DNA of 35,574 nucleotides from a virus (lineage: Duplodnaviria > Caudoviricetes). The translations under genes were made by a program, and so were the position numbers. The stretch spans positions 1 through 35,574 of IMG/VR virus record IMGVR_UViG_3300032212_000092; one strand, 5' to 3'. Each line of letters starts with the position of its first letter. Position 1 is the stretch's first letter. Under the pieces are notes generated by a model that was not told where the DNA came from, did not search any database, and saw only the letters and a list, made by a program, of their open reading frames with translations. Below, one piece after another: positions 26,480-35,418 of the stretch.

Positions 26480-27631
26480 ATGCCTAACGCTTTCGACAGC
26501 TACTTAAAAGCAAAACAAAACGCTATGCAAGAAGGGCAAAACATGCTTTTAATGGAGCAAGCCGCTCGTAAAATACAGCGCGACAATAAGATGCGTAATA
26601 TTTTAGCGAATACTTATACTCCTGCTGAGACTTTACCCGATTATCCCGCACAAACAATGCCAGCAGCAGAAGCAATGGGGCCGATACCTCAAGTTGAGGG
26701 CGATGCCTATTTGCCTGGAGAAGCCTTGAGAGACTACCCAGCGCAAACACTACCTGCTGCCGCAGCTCATGGGCCTGTACGACCTGGTAGATTCAGTATG
26801 GAAAACGCACTAAGCGAAATGTACAAGCAAGGTTTAGGTGTTGAGGCTTTACCGCTTGAAATGCAAATGCAAGCCGCAGGAAAAAGTAAGCGTGACATTC
26901 TATTAAAAGATAAACTAAAAAGACAGCAAGCAAAAGAAATGTTTGATTTAATTAAGTCAAAAGGCGGCGACCTAGGCCCTTACAAGACAAAGATTAAACC
27001 TTCTGGGGTTGAGTTTGAAATAGACCCTTATGCGGCTAAAAAGGCGGATTTAGAACAGAAAAAGTTTGAGTATGAAACCGGAACCAACGCTTTGAGCAGA
27101 ATTCCATCTAGAATAAGCGATAGATTGCCTCAAAAAATGCGTAATGAAATTAAATCTAAAGAATTAGGCGCTATTGCAGCAAAAGAAGGTGCGGCTTTAG
27201 GTGAAGCAAAGACAAAACTTGAAACATTAAAAGCCAACTTACCGAGATTAAAAACTGTTGTAAAACAGCTTAGTAAATTAGGAAAAAAAGCCACTTATAC
27301 TTATTTAGGGCAGGGGTTAGATTTTGCTGGCAGACAAGCTGGGATTACAACAGAAGGCGCTATTGCTAGAAAAGAATATATATCTAAGGTTGATAACGAA
27401 ATCTTACCTTTATTAAAGCAGACTTTTGGCGCAGCCTTTACCGTAAAAGAAGGGGAATCATTAAAAGCCACCTTGGGCGACCCTAATGCATCACCAGAAG
27501 AAAAAGATGCGGTATTAAGATCGTTTATTGACTCTAAAAACGCACAGATTGAAACCATGCAGCGCAGAGCTGGCGAAGTGCCGCGAGAAAGTCTTAATAT
27601 TCAGGATTTGGTCGATAAATATGCCGACTAG
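26480..27631 (+). CDS. DNA ejection protein (gp20-position)
   Basis: Q/A/K-rich helical protein; LKQTFGAAFTVKEG; internal duplicated DYPAQT(M/L)PAA motif. Confidence 0.65.
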   Translation: MPNAFDSYLKAKQNAMQEGQNMLLMEQAARKIQRDNKMRNILANTYTPAETLPDYPAQTMPAAEAMGPIPQVEGDAYLPGEALRDYPAQTLPAAAAHGPVRPGRFSMENALSEMYKQGLGVEALPLEMQMQAAGKSKRDILLKDKLKRQQAKEMFDLIKSKGGDLGPYKTKIKPSGVEFEIDPYAAKKADLEQKKFEYETGTNALSRIPSRISDRLPQKMRNEIKSKELGAIAAKEGAALGEAKTKLETLKANLPRLKTVVKQLSKLGKKATYTYLGQGLDFAGRQAGITTEGAIARKEYISKVDNEILPLLKQTFGAAFTVKEGESLKATLGDPNASPEEKDAVLRSFIDSKNAQIETMQRRAGEVPRESLNIQDLVDKYAD

Positions 27632-29342
27632 AGAGCAATTAGAATCCGCGTTATTTAATGCCGATAAAGCTGGTGACTTTCAAGCAGCTAAGTCAATAGC
27701 GAATGAGTTAAAAAGCTTTAATATTGATTTACCTCAGCATGATTACCTACGCCCTCAAGAAACACCTGTCTCCGATGCGGGTCTTGCTTTGGTTAGCGGC
27801 GCAAACACTTTACTACCTAATATCGCGGGTTTACCTATGGATTTTGCTAGGAATGCCGCAAATTTAGGTTTAGCTGGGTATGGAGTTGCTAGAAAAGAAT
27901 TAGGTGAAATAATGGGAGAAGATGGATATATTCCGCCCGAACCAATAAAGCCGCTAATTGGCGGCTCTGAGTGGATGCGCCGAAAAATAGCCTTAAGCAC
28001 CCAAGCGTTAGGCGGCGATCCATTTGCTATGCCTAACCCAAGCGACCCGTTACAGCAAAAAGCGCACATGGCTGGTAGTATACTAGCATCAGGCGCACTA
28101 GCGCCATCCAAAGGAATCAAAGAGGCCGCGCTAAATGTGGCTCGAATGACTGTACCCGCTACTGGTGCGGTAGGCATGCAAGAAGCCTTCCCAGAACAGC
28201 CTTTAGCTCCAATAATCGGCATGATGGCTGCCCCTGCTGGCGTAGCTGCTACAGTGAAGACAAAAAACGCTATTTCGCCAACAGTGTCCGCAGCAAAATC
28301 ATTTTTGAAGGCGCATAAGCTAGGTTATAAAGTGCCACCTGCATTAGCAAAACCATCAAAAACGCAACAAGTTGTCGAGGGGTCTGCTGGTGTTGTTCCA
28401 ACAAAACAAAAAGCGTCACTATTTAATCAAAAAGTAACTAATGACCTAATTAAGAAAGATTTAGGGTATCCGAAAGATGTACCGTTATCTCGTGAGGGAT
28501 TAGGCGCTATCCGTTCTGAGGCTGGCCGCGTTTATGAAAAAGCCAAAACAGTCGGCACATTTAAAACAGACAAGACTTTCATCGGTGATATTAGTAAGAT
28601 TTCTAACCAAGGATCGGCTTTAGCAAAAGAGTTCCCTAATATGGTGAAGCAAGATGTCGCTAAACTAGCAAAAACATTCAATAAAAAACAAATATCATCG
28701 GAGGCTCTAGTTGAGGCGGTTAAGCAATTACGCGCCGATTCATCTGCTGGGTTTCGGTCACAAGACCCTTCAACGCTTGCTCTAGCAAAAGCTAACGGTA
28801 AAATGGCCAGCGCTTTAGAGAGTTTAATGGAAAGAAGCATAAGTAAAACACACCCAGAACTTTCTCCTTCTCTAAAAGCGGCTAGGCAGAAAATAGCTAA
28901 GACTTACACAGTAGAGAAAGCCTTGAAGGGTGATAATGTTGATGCGGTAGCTTTAGGGCGCGACCTCGACAAAGGCAAGCCGCTTTCAGGTGTTATCCGC
29001 GACGTAGCTGAGTTTGGTCAAAGCTTTAAAGGTGCGGCCCAAGTTAATGTTCCTCAGCAAACAAATTTTAGGCCGATGGATTTACTAACTGGTGTAAGCG
29101 GTGCTGCTGTAACAGGGAATATGATGTGGCTTACTGCCGCATTAGCAAGACCGGCGCTGAGAACGCTAACCTTATCTAAGCCTTATCAGGCGGTATTAGC
29201 TAGACAGCGCCCAGAGGTTTTGACTCAAGCAGTTAAAGAGCTTAAAAACATAGCAACAATGGCAGACAAGCAAGCTCAGTCTGTCGCTATATCATCAATG
29301 ATGGCCGACCTTCAAGAATCAGGAAATATTGACTCTAGGTAG
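27621..29342 (+). CDS. DNA ejection protein (gp16-position)
   Basis: ATG 27621 overlapping the previous stop; LESALFNADKAGD..AA N-terminus; A/G-rich. Confidence 0.65.
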   Translation: MPTREQLESALFNADKAGDFQAAKSIANELKSFNIDLPQHDYLRPQETPVSDAGLALVSGANTLLPNIAGLPMDFARNAANLGLAGYGVARKELGEIMGEDGYIPPEPIKPLIGGSEWMRRKIALSTQALGGDPFAMPNPSDPLQQKAHMAGSILASGALAPSKGIKEAALNVARMTVPATGAVGMQEAFPEQPLAPIIGMMAAPAGVAATVKTKNAISPTVSAAKSFLKAHKLGYKVPPALAKPSKTQQVVEGSAGVVPTKQKASLFNQKVTNDLIKKDLGYPKDVPLSREGLGAIRSEAGRVYEKAKTVGTFKTDKTFIGDISKISNQGSALAKEFPNMVKQDVAKLAKTFNKKQISSEALVEAVKQLRADSSAGFRSQDPSTLALAKANGKMASALESLMERSISKTHPELSPSLKAARQKIAKTYTVEKALKGDNVDAVALGRDLDKGKPLSGVIRDVAEFGQSFKGAAQVNVPQQTNFRPMDLLTGVSGAAVTGNMMWLTAALARPALRTLTLSKPYQAVLARQRPEVLTQAVKELKNIATMADKQAQSVAISSMMADLQESGNIDSR

Positions 29343-29403
29343 TTTGCCAAGATTAAAATAAAAATTATGGTTATAATTATCTCCATAGTTTAAGTATAAC
29401 GCA

Positions 29404-29417
29404 CAGTCGGGAGACTG
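29404..29417 (+). promoter_or_regulatory. RBS hairpin CAGTC-GGGA-GACTG
   Basis: Stem ends 3 nt before ATG 29421; TATAAC just upstream. Confidence 0.6.
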
Positions 29418-29420
29418 CAA

Positions 29421-30440
29421 ATGGCTCAAAAGATAAACCCGTTTTCGGGCAGACAGTTTTTAGATGCAAACGGCGACCCATACTCTGGCGCTCAGTTGTT
29501 TATTTACTCGGCTGGCAGCTCGACAAAAATCACCACAACAAAAGATTCTGCTGGTTCGTCTAATCACGCTAATCCGATTATATTAAACTCAAGAGGAGAG
29601 CCTGGTGATGGTGCTGGTGCTTCTCAGGCTATCTGGCAGTCAGAGGGCGTATCTGTAAAACTTGTTCTCGCACCATCCACAGATACTGATCCACCTGTTG
29701 CCGCTATTTCATCATGGGATAATATCTCCGGTATTAATGATACCACTGTAACAATTGATCAATGGATAGCTGGCCCGAACCCGACTTATGTTGACGCGAC
29801 ATCTTTTACCTTAGTTGGCGATCAAACCTCCGATTTTCATGTTAATAGGCGGTTAAAAACCTCAAATACAAGCGGATCTATATACTCAACCATCATATCG
29901 TCTGCATACACAACCTTGACTACTATCACCGTCATAAATGATTCTGGTACGCTAGATAGCGGTCTTTCTGCTGCATCTTACGGGATTAATACGGCAACAA
30001 ATCAGTCTATTTCCTCGTATGCCGTTACCTCTCTTTTAGAAACATTCACGCCAACAGTTCAAGATAGCTCGCTAAGTGACGCAGAAGGACAGACATACAC
30101 GACTCAAAAAGGTTTTTATACACGCATAGCTAATCGAATATTTTTTGATATCACTCTTGATGTAAGCAGTTTAGGAACGCTAGCCGCTGCAAGCAGTGTA
30201 AGGGTCGCCAATCTTCCTCTTGCAAGTACTTCAACAACGGATTACAACTCGTCGATTTCGGTAGGTTTTGGTGATAATTTTTCGTTTACTGCTGGTAGCT
30301 CTGTAACTGGGACAATAGCTGCGGGTAACTCCTATATAACCCTTTTTGACTGGGACTCCACATCTGGCGTTAGTCCATTTATTCTTTCTCAATTGGGCGG
30401 AACGGGTATTTTACGTATATCAGGTAATTATGCGGTTTAA
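29421..30440 (+). CDS. Tail fibre/spike protein
   Basis: QFLDANGDPYSGAQLFIYSAGS..NPIILNSRG attachment domain; C-terminal YTRIANRIFF..LP..SGNY tip domain. Confidence 0.75.
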   Translation: MAQKINPFSGRQFLDANGDPYSGAQLFIYSAGSSTKITTTKDSAGSSNHANPIILNSRGEPGDGAGASQAIWQSEGVSVKLVLAPSTDTDPPVAAISSWDNISGINDTTVTIDQWIAGPNPTYVDATSFTLVGDQTSDFHVNRRLKTSNTSGSIYSTIISSAYTTLTTITVINDSGTLDSGLSAASYGINTATNQSISSYAVTSLLETFTPTVQDSSLSDAEGQTYTTQKGFYTRIANRIFFDITLDVSSLGTLAAASSVRVANLPLASTSTTDYNSSISVGFGDNFSFTAGSSVTGTIAAGNSYITLFDWDSTSGVSPFILSQLGGTGILRISGNYAV

Positions 30441-30448
30441 ATGATGCA

Positions 30449-30985
30449 ATGATAAAAAATCACCTTCCATCTAATTGTTACTCTAAAAACAGAATGAAGT
30501 CTGTTGATGGTGCTGTAATTCATTTTATTAGCGCAAGAAATACAAAACCCAAAAACCCTTTTAATCTTGACGCTATTTTAGATATTTTCAAAGAATACAA
30601 GGTATCAGCTCACTACTTAATTAGGCGTGACGGTACAGAGGTTGAATTAATACCACCAGAATATAAAGCATATCACGCTGGTAAATCAATAATGAATGGT
30701 CGAGAGTCTTGTAATGATTTTACCATTGGAATCGAATTAGAAGGTGGATCAATATGGCCTTATACAGACGAGCAAATCATTAAGTTGGCAGAAAGACTTG
30801 CTAAACTTATGACGAAGCATGATTTTACGCTTGATTGGGTGCAAGGTCATAGTGAAATTAGGGCGGCATGGAATGAAAAACACCCTGAAAAACAAGCATC
30901 TAAAAAAGTAGACCCAGGCGAGCATTTTCCTTGGGAAATACTAAAAGACATGCTTTATAGTGTATCTAAAAAGGAATACGGTTGA
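30449..30985 (+). CDS. Endolysin, N-acetylmuramoyl-L-alanine amidase (Amidase_2/AmpD-like)
   Basis: VIHFIS, VSAHYLIRRDG, AYHAG, CNDFTIGIELEG, GHSEI, KVDPG. Confidence 0.9.
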   Translation: MIKNHLPSNCYSKNRMKSVDGAVIHFISARNTKPKNPFNLDAILDIFKEYKVSAHYLIRRDGTEVELIPPEYKAYHAGKSIMNGRESCNDFTIGIELEGGSIWPYTDEQIIKLAERLAKLMTKHDFTLDWVQGHSEIRAAWNEKHPEKQASKKVDPGEHFPWEILKDMLYSVSKKEYG

Positions 30986-31347
30986 TAATTATGAGCAAGC
31001 AAGACAAAGAAGAGTTTAATTCGTGGCACTTAGATAAAAAGGTGACAGTAGGGCTTTTATTTAGCGTGTCTACCGCTCTTATCGTATCTATATCAAGTAC
31101 TATTATCTTGATACAAAAATATTCGTCATTACTTGAGTCGTTAGACACTGAACCACCTTTGCCTGAACAAATTAGGCAGCTGCAATGGGAAAATGTACAG
31201 AGAGAGAGTTTAGATCACAGAATGGTTGATTTAATGAAAGAATTAAAAGAACTATCATCAATCCATGAGAAAGGTATAGCCATTAATGGTGAAAAAATAA
31301 AGTCGGTTGATAAGCGCGTAGAAAGAGTAGAAGATAAGGTAAAATGA
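30982..31347 (+). CDS. Membrane-anchored coiled-coil lysis-region protein
   Basis: WHLDKKV + one TM + coiled coil; start may be ATG 30991. Confidence 0.6.
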   Translation: MIIMSKQDKEEFNSWHLDKKVTVGLLFSVSTALIVSISSTIILIQKYSSLLESLDTEPPLPEQIRQLQWENVQRESLDHRMVDLMKELKELSSIHEKGIAINGEKIKSVDKRVERVEDKVK

Positions 31348-31547
31348 AAAAAGAGGATATTTCAATTTTATTTAAAGGGTGGTCGATAATTATGTCGATT
31401 GCTCTTTTTATCGCTACCTCTGCCGTCGCGCATTATAGAATTGGACTATTAGAAAAAAGAGAATTACCTCCTTTATGGTTAAAAATAGAAGTTGAAAGGC
31501 TTGGTGTAAAAGTTAGAGAGCTAGAGAGTAAGATCGAGGGAAAATGA
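31344..31547 (+). CDS. Small single-TM protein
   Basis: Coupled ORF with N-terminal TM. Confidence 0.55.
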   Translation: MKKEDISILFKGWSIIMSIALFIATSAVAHYRIGLLEKRELPPLWLKIEVERLGVKVRELESKIEGK

Positions 31548-31548
31548 T

Positions 31549-31944
31549 ATGATTGGATTAATAACTTCTGTTTTACCTAGCCTTTTAAAAATTGGTGACA
31601 AGATGATCGAGGATAAGGATCAAAAGGCAGAGTATGCTTTTAAGGTTCAAGAGATAGCTTTCAAACAAATGGAAACAATGCTTAACGCAAAAACATACCC
31701 TTTTGTGGATGCGCTAGTAAAGCTATCCTATGCCTCTGAGCAGATTGTAAAAGGCTTATTTCGTCCACTTGGCTCAGCCGCTATGACGGGTTTTTTATTT
31801 TACGCTGAAATATATAATATAGAATTAAGCGGTGCAGTAGAGGCAGTCTGTGCAGCAGCGTTTCCCGGATGGATGGCTTCACGCTATACTGAAAAGAAGA
31901 CAAAAGCCAAAAAAGAGAATTTTGACCCCTTTGAGGAGGATTAA
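31549..31944 (+). CDS. Holin-like protein (GTA 3TM-holin-like)
   Basis: DKMIEDKDQK...KGLFRP + TM...SRYTEK pattern. Confidence 0.6.
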   Translation: MIGLITSVLPSLLKIGDKMIEDKDQKAEYAFKVQEIAFKQMETMLNAKTYPFVDALVKLSYASEQIVKGLFRPLGSAAMTGFLFYAEIYNIELSGAVEAVCAAAFPGWMASRYTEKKTKAKKENFDPFEED

Positions 31945-31947
31945 ACA

Positions 31948-32250
31948 ATGGCAACAAAAGAATTGTTAGCACCAACAACAGACGCGACACAAAGCGCGAA
32001 TTTTTATGTACCTAAAGACCAGGTTGCTACAGTTATGTGCTCCCCTGATTTAGCGGGTTCTGAAACGGGAGACGTGCAACTATCGCACGATGACGGTACA
32101 ACGTGGGTTGATTATGTTGACGTTTCTGCCGTCGAGCTGTCAGTATCTAAAAACGCGATAAGGCTGCTTGGCCCTATGCTGTATCGCATAGATAAAGATT
32201 CTACGGCTGGTGCAACAGGAATTTACCTGCATTATTTGGAACAACAATGA
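31948..32250 (+). CDS. Beta-sandwich putative virion accessory protein
   Basis: GAGGAGG SD; VQLSHDDGTTWVD. Confidence 0.6.
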   Translation: MATKELLAPTTDATQSANFYVPKDQVATVMCSPDLAGSETGDVQLSHDDGTTWVDYVDVSAVELSVSKNAIRLLGPMLYRIDKDSTAGATGIYLHYLEQQ

Positions 32251-33548
32251 TTACGACTTTATACAGTAGTCTTGCAACTTCGCTAACGGATGAAGATTAT
32301 ATTGGCGCAAGGTTGTTCCCTAAGCTTTCTGGCACACAATACGGGGAGATTGCGGTAACTCAATCCGTAACGTCTGGTGACACTTTAACCATTCCATTTT
32401 CTACCACTACCAGCGGAACAAGCATGTTCTTGTGTGGCGATGACGCTACACCTGCATCAGCAGAGTTTGATGCTGGTAACTTGTTACAGTTAGTTGGTTG
32501 TACAGCAACTATTGATGGTACAGCGGTTGCAGACGGCGCAAGCATAGCGGCATACCAAGATGGCAAATTAAGAGACTTAGTTTTAACTTTTACAGGATCT
32601 CTCACTGTTGGCTTTATTGGTCAAAATGGCGCTGGTGCAGGTTTTTGGGAAGGGCAATTATTATCCCACCAATTTACAATAAGCAGCGTAGTACAAGACC
32701 CCGTTATTTATGATTCAGGCTCTATCTATTATCAGTTACAGCGTGGTACTTCTTTAGGTGCTGATATAACCTCTATTACACTAGGAGCATGGACAGACAA
32801 TTTAGATGGTAGTTATTCTTTAGTTGGTGATGGATCTTTTCAACCATTAACAATACTGAGCACTACTGTTGGAAAATGGTATGAGGTTAAGGTTGATGTA
32901 GATAGCTTGTCTGGTGGTACGTTAAAACTACAAGCAGATGGTGGTGCATCCATATCTTCATTGACTACTGGAGCAAATACTGTCGTATTCAAAGCGACAA
33001 CCGCTACCGTCTCTATTGGTAGGGATGCTGGGACGATAACAGTTACTATTTCAGGCATCACCTCCAAGTTACTGCCTGATTCAACCCTAATCCTTTATAA
33101 CTTCTCAGCTAGTGATTGGTCGCAATATACATTACAGAGAAATATTGTACATGATGCCGGAACGGTTGCATTAGGGTGGTTATCTAATAACTTGGTTGTT
33201 AATGGTGCGTTTGATGCTGATACGGACTGGACAAAAGGCACAGGTTGGACGATTAGTGGTGGCACAGCTTCTAGTGATGGTTCTCAAGTCGGAGCCTCAG
33301 ACCTTTCTCAAGCCTCAATAGTGGATAATTCGTCTGTATATCTTCATGGGGTCACTGTTACAGGCGTGACTGCCGGAGGTGTAAAGCAGCTATCTGGCGG
33401 GGCTTTAGGTGCGTCACTTACTGCGGATGGTGTTCACGCTGAGATAATAACAGCATCATCTAGCGGATTAGGTGGGGCGCAAGCAGACGCTACTTTTGTT
33501 GGTTCTGTTGATAACGTTACCATTAGGCACTTAATCGAGGTTGTATGA
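32247..33548 (+). CDS. Putative secondary adhesin / virion protein with carbohydrate-binding-like domains
   Basis: G/S/T-rich; NLVVNGAFDADTDWTKGTGWTI...GSVDNVTI module. Confidence 0.6.
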   Translation: MITTLYSSLATSLTDEDYIGARLFPKLSGTQYGEIAVTQSVTSGDTLTIPFSTTTSGTSMFLCGDDATPASAEFDAGNLLQLVGCTATIDGTAVADGASIAAYQDGKLRDLVLTFTGSLTVGFIGQNGAGAGFWEGQLLSHQFTISSVVQDPVIYDSGSIYYQLQRGTSLGADITSITLGAWTDNLDGSYSLVGDGSFQPLTILSTTVGKWYEVKVDVDSLSGGTLKLQADGGASISSLTTGANTVVFKATTATVSIGRDAGTITVTISGITSKLLPDSTLILYNFSASDWSQYTLQRNIVHDAGTVALGWLSNNLVVNGAFDADTDWTKGTGWTISGGTASSDGSQVGASDLSQASIVDNSSVYLHGVTVTGVTAGGVKQLSGGALGASLTADGVHAEIITASSSGLGGAQADATFVGSVDNVTIRHLIEVV

Positions 33549-33898
33549 ATAGCATAGCAATTTACAGCAACGGAAACCTAACCCAAAATCAGCAAGAATT
33601 ACTGCTTAATCTTGCCCAAGTTGGTAATGCGGTAATTGTCGTTCATGGAACGGTTGACGAGTATCGTAGAATAAGAAACGTTGAATTATCAATCTTAAAC
33701 AGGATTTTTACAGCACCGAGAGTGTGGTCATTACCTGAACATTTAACTGAGGAAGACTATGTTACTTATAGCGAGCGAATAAGAGCCGCTAAAGTTGCCG
33801 CCTTTGAGCAATTAAGGTTAGGTAACTATGATTGCATTTATAGCCGTGAGATTGATTTTAATGTAATGAAAAACGAACCGGAGTGGCTTAACGCATAA
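33545..33898 (+). CDS. Hypothetical protein
   Basis: Coupled ORF; stop codon inside GCATAAC. Confidence 0.6.
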   Translation: MNSIAIYSNGNLTQNQQELLLNLAQVGNAVIVVHGTVDEYRRIRNVELSILNRIFTAPRVWSLPEHLTEEDYVTYSERIRAAKVAAFEQLRLGNYDCIYSREIDFNVMKNEPEWLNA

Positions 33899-33941
33899 CA
33901 GGCGCATAAGACGGATGCCCCGCTTATGACGGTTGTTATAA
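33893..33941 (+). mobile_element. Short attC-like palindrome
   Basis: GCATAAC-AGGCG-CATAAG-AC-GG..CC-G-CTTATG-ACGGTT-GTTATAA. Confidence 0.5.
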
Positions 33942-33945
33942 ATAC

Positions 33946-34000
33946 TTGACATATATTAGAACTGTCCTATATTCCTATATAAGTATATTAGTATATAGGA
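33946..34000 (+). promoter_or_regulatory. Promoter plus inverted repeat over the RBS
   Basis: TTGACA-16-TATATT; TCCTATATA (33973-81) / TATATAGGA (33992-34000). Confidence 0.5.
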
Positions 34001-34008
34001 GAACTAAT

Positions 34009-34158
34009 ATGTTCATTACAATTAACAATATGAAACAATTAAACGACTTTCTTCAAGCGGCTGGTATTACGCGCCCTGAGAAAATCAAATCCGTATTGTC
34101 TGATAAAAACATATTAGTGTCTCCTGATGTAGCAAAACTCATACTAAAAGCGGCTTAA
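34009..34158 (+). CDS. Small moron-like protein (49 aa)
   Basis: AGGAG SD, own promoter. Confidence 0.55.
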   Translation: MFITINNMKQLNDFLQAAGITRPEKIKSVLSDKNILVSPDVAKLILKAA

Positions 34159-34189
34159 CTTCCACACTATAACTTTATTTTAAAAAGGT

Positions 34190-34262
34190 GGCTTCATCTA
34201 TCCCCGAGGCTCTTGTTAAAAAGCCAAGCGCTTACTTTGAGATAGTATGAAGCCGATTTTTT
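34190..34262. terminator. Long branched hairpin between convergent genes; probable terminator
   Basis: GGCTTCAT-CTATC...GATAG-T-ATGAAGCC followed by a T-run. Confidence 0.45.
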
Positions 34263-34539
34263 ACCAAGGAATATCCTCTGAGTCGTCTTGTGGCGCACTT
34301 TGCTGACTTCTATTAATTGCTTCATCTTGCCTGCTTTGCGGTTTAAAATCGTTTACCTGCGCGTATGGCTTGCCAGCTTTTGAGACTTTTAGGTCTATAT
34401 TGATCCATTCGTCCGTTTTTCCTGTTAAAAACGTGATTAATTCCTCACGGCGTATTGATAGGCTACCTTTTACAAAATCAGGCGCATTATCACGCGGCGT
34501 TTTAAATATTAAACCGTTTACAAATTCTACTTCACTCAT
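34261..34539 (-). CDS. Putative single-stranded DNA-binding protein
   Basis: Downstream of ERF; acidic tail DDSEDIPW. Confidence 0.65.
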   Translation of the reverse strand: MSEVEFVNGLIFKTPRDNAPDFVKGSLSIRREELITFLTGKTDEWINIDLKVSKAGKPYAQVNDFKPQSRQDEAINRSQQSAPQDDSEDIPW

Positions 34540-34549
34540 TTTATTTTCC

Positions 34550-35344
34550 TTATAGTCCTACTAGTGGGTTTTCTGAACGATGAACCATTAAAAAGACTTT
34601 GAATTCTTCGCTTTTCATTTTCTTTCCTTCTTCGATAGTAAAGCAACCGCCTTTAGTTGGAGCCATTGACAGAGCGCTAACAACTTTTACCTCGTTAACC
34701 TCAGCCCATGCCTCAGCAGCAGCATCTAAATCGCCAGCAGCCAGATAACCCTTTATAGCCATAACTGTGTCAATATTATCCATTACAGCGGCCATGTGGC
34801 TTGACGATCTCTTGTATATTTTTTGAGGTGTAATACCGTTCTCAGCGCGTTTTATTTCTGGCCTTTCTTCGTCATCTTCGCCCGTTTCTATTGAGAAAAG
34901 TTTTAACATAGCCATTTTAGTCGCATAACTAAGCGCCTTTCCTGGCGCTTTATCGCCGGTATCCATAGCGTGCGCTGTTACATTAATAGGTATGCTTTGC
35001 TCTGGTTCATCAATATTAACAAATTCTATCGTATATTTCGCTTCATAACGCATCCAAGGAGTTCCGCTACCTGTTTGTGTTCCTGTTTCAATCATTGACG
35101 ATCCCATTTCATTAGGAACAACGACAACGCCATAATCAATAAGGTATTCTCTAATTGCGCCGGTTACAGCGTCATGCGTTATTGCTTGATAGCCTTGTAC
35201 TTTTGCATCCTTTTTCAAATAAGATACTTTTTTCCTTATCTCATTAACGCGCTGAAACACGTTTAGTTTAGGATTATATTCTTCCTTTACTATTTCGCCC
35301 GCGCCTTCTGTGGCTAACTCCCCTCTTTCTACTAAATCATTCAT
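34550..35344 (-). CDS. erf: ERF-family ssDNA annealing protein
   Basis: KKDAKVQGYQAITHDAV...DTGDKAPGKALSYATKMAMLKLFSIETGED. Confidence 0.85.
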   Translation of the reverse strand: MNDLVERGELATEGAGEIVKEEYNPKLNVFQRVNEIRKKVSYLKKDAKVQGYQAITHDAVTGAIREYLIDYGVVVVPNEMGSSMIETGTQTGSGTPWMRYEAKYTIEFVNIDEPEQSIPINVTAHAMDTGDKAPGKALSYATKMAMLKLFSIETGEDDEERPEIKRAENGITPQKIYKRSSSHMAAVMDNIDTVMAIKGYLAAGDLDAAAEAWAEVNEVKVVSALSMAPTKGGCFTIEEGKKMKSEEFKVFLMVHRSENPLVGL

Positions 35345-35371
35345 TCTGTTTCTCCGTTTGCTTTTTTATCT

Positions 35372-35407
35372 ATTGTAAAGTACAATCACCTCATTGTAAA
35401 GTACAAA
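35372..35407. promoter_or_regulatory. Divergent promoters with two palindromic operators ATTGTA-AAG-TACAA(T/A)
   Basis: Copies at 35372 and 35393 (21-bp spacing); minus strand TTTACA-17-TACAAT toward erf. Confidence 0.7.
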
Positions 35408-35418
35408 GGGTTAAAAAG

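Noticed and set aside
14388-33067. Numerous minus-strand and alternate-frame ORFs within the late genes
   Set aside because: They fully overlap well-supported structural genes, with no SD or recognisable motifs.
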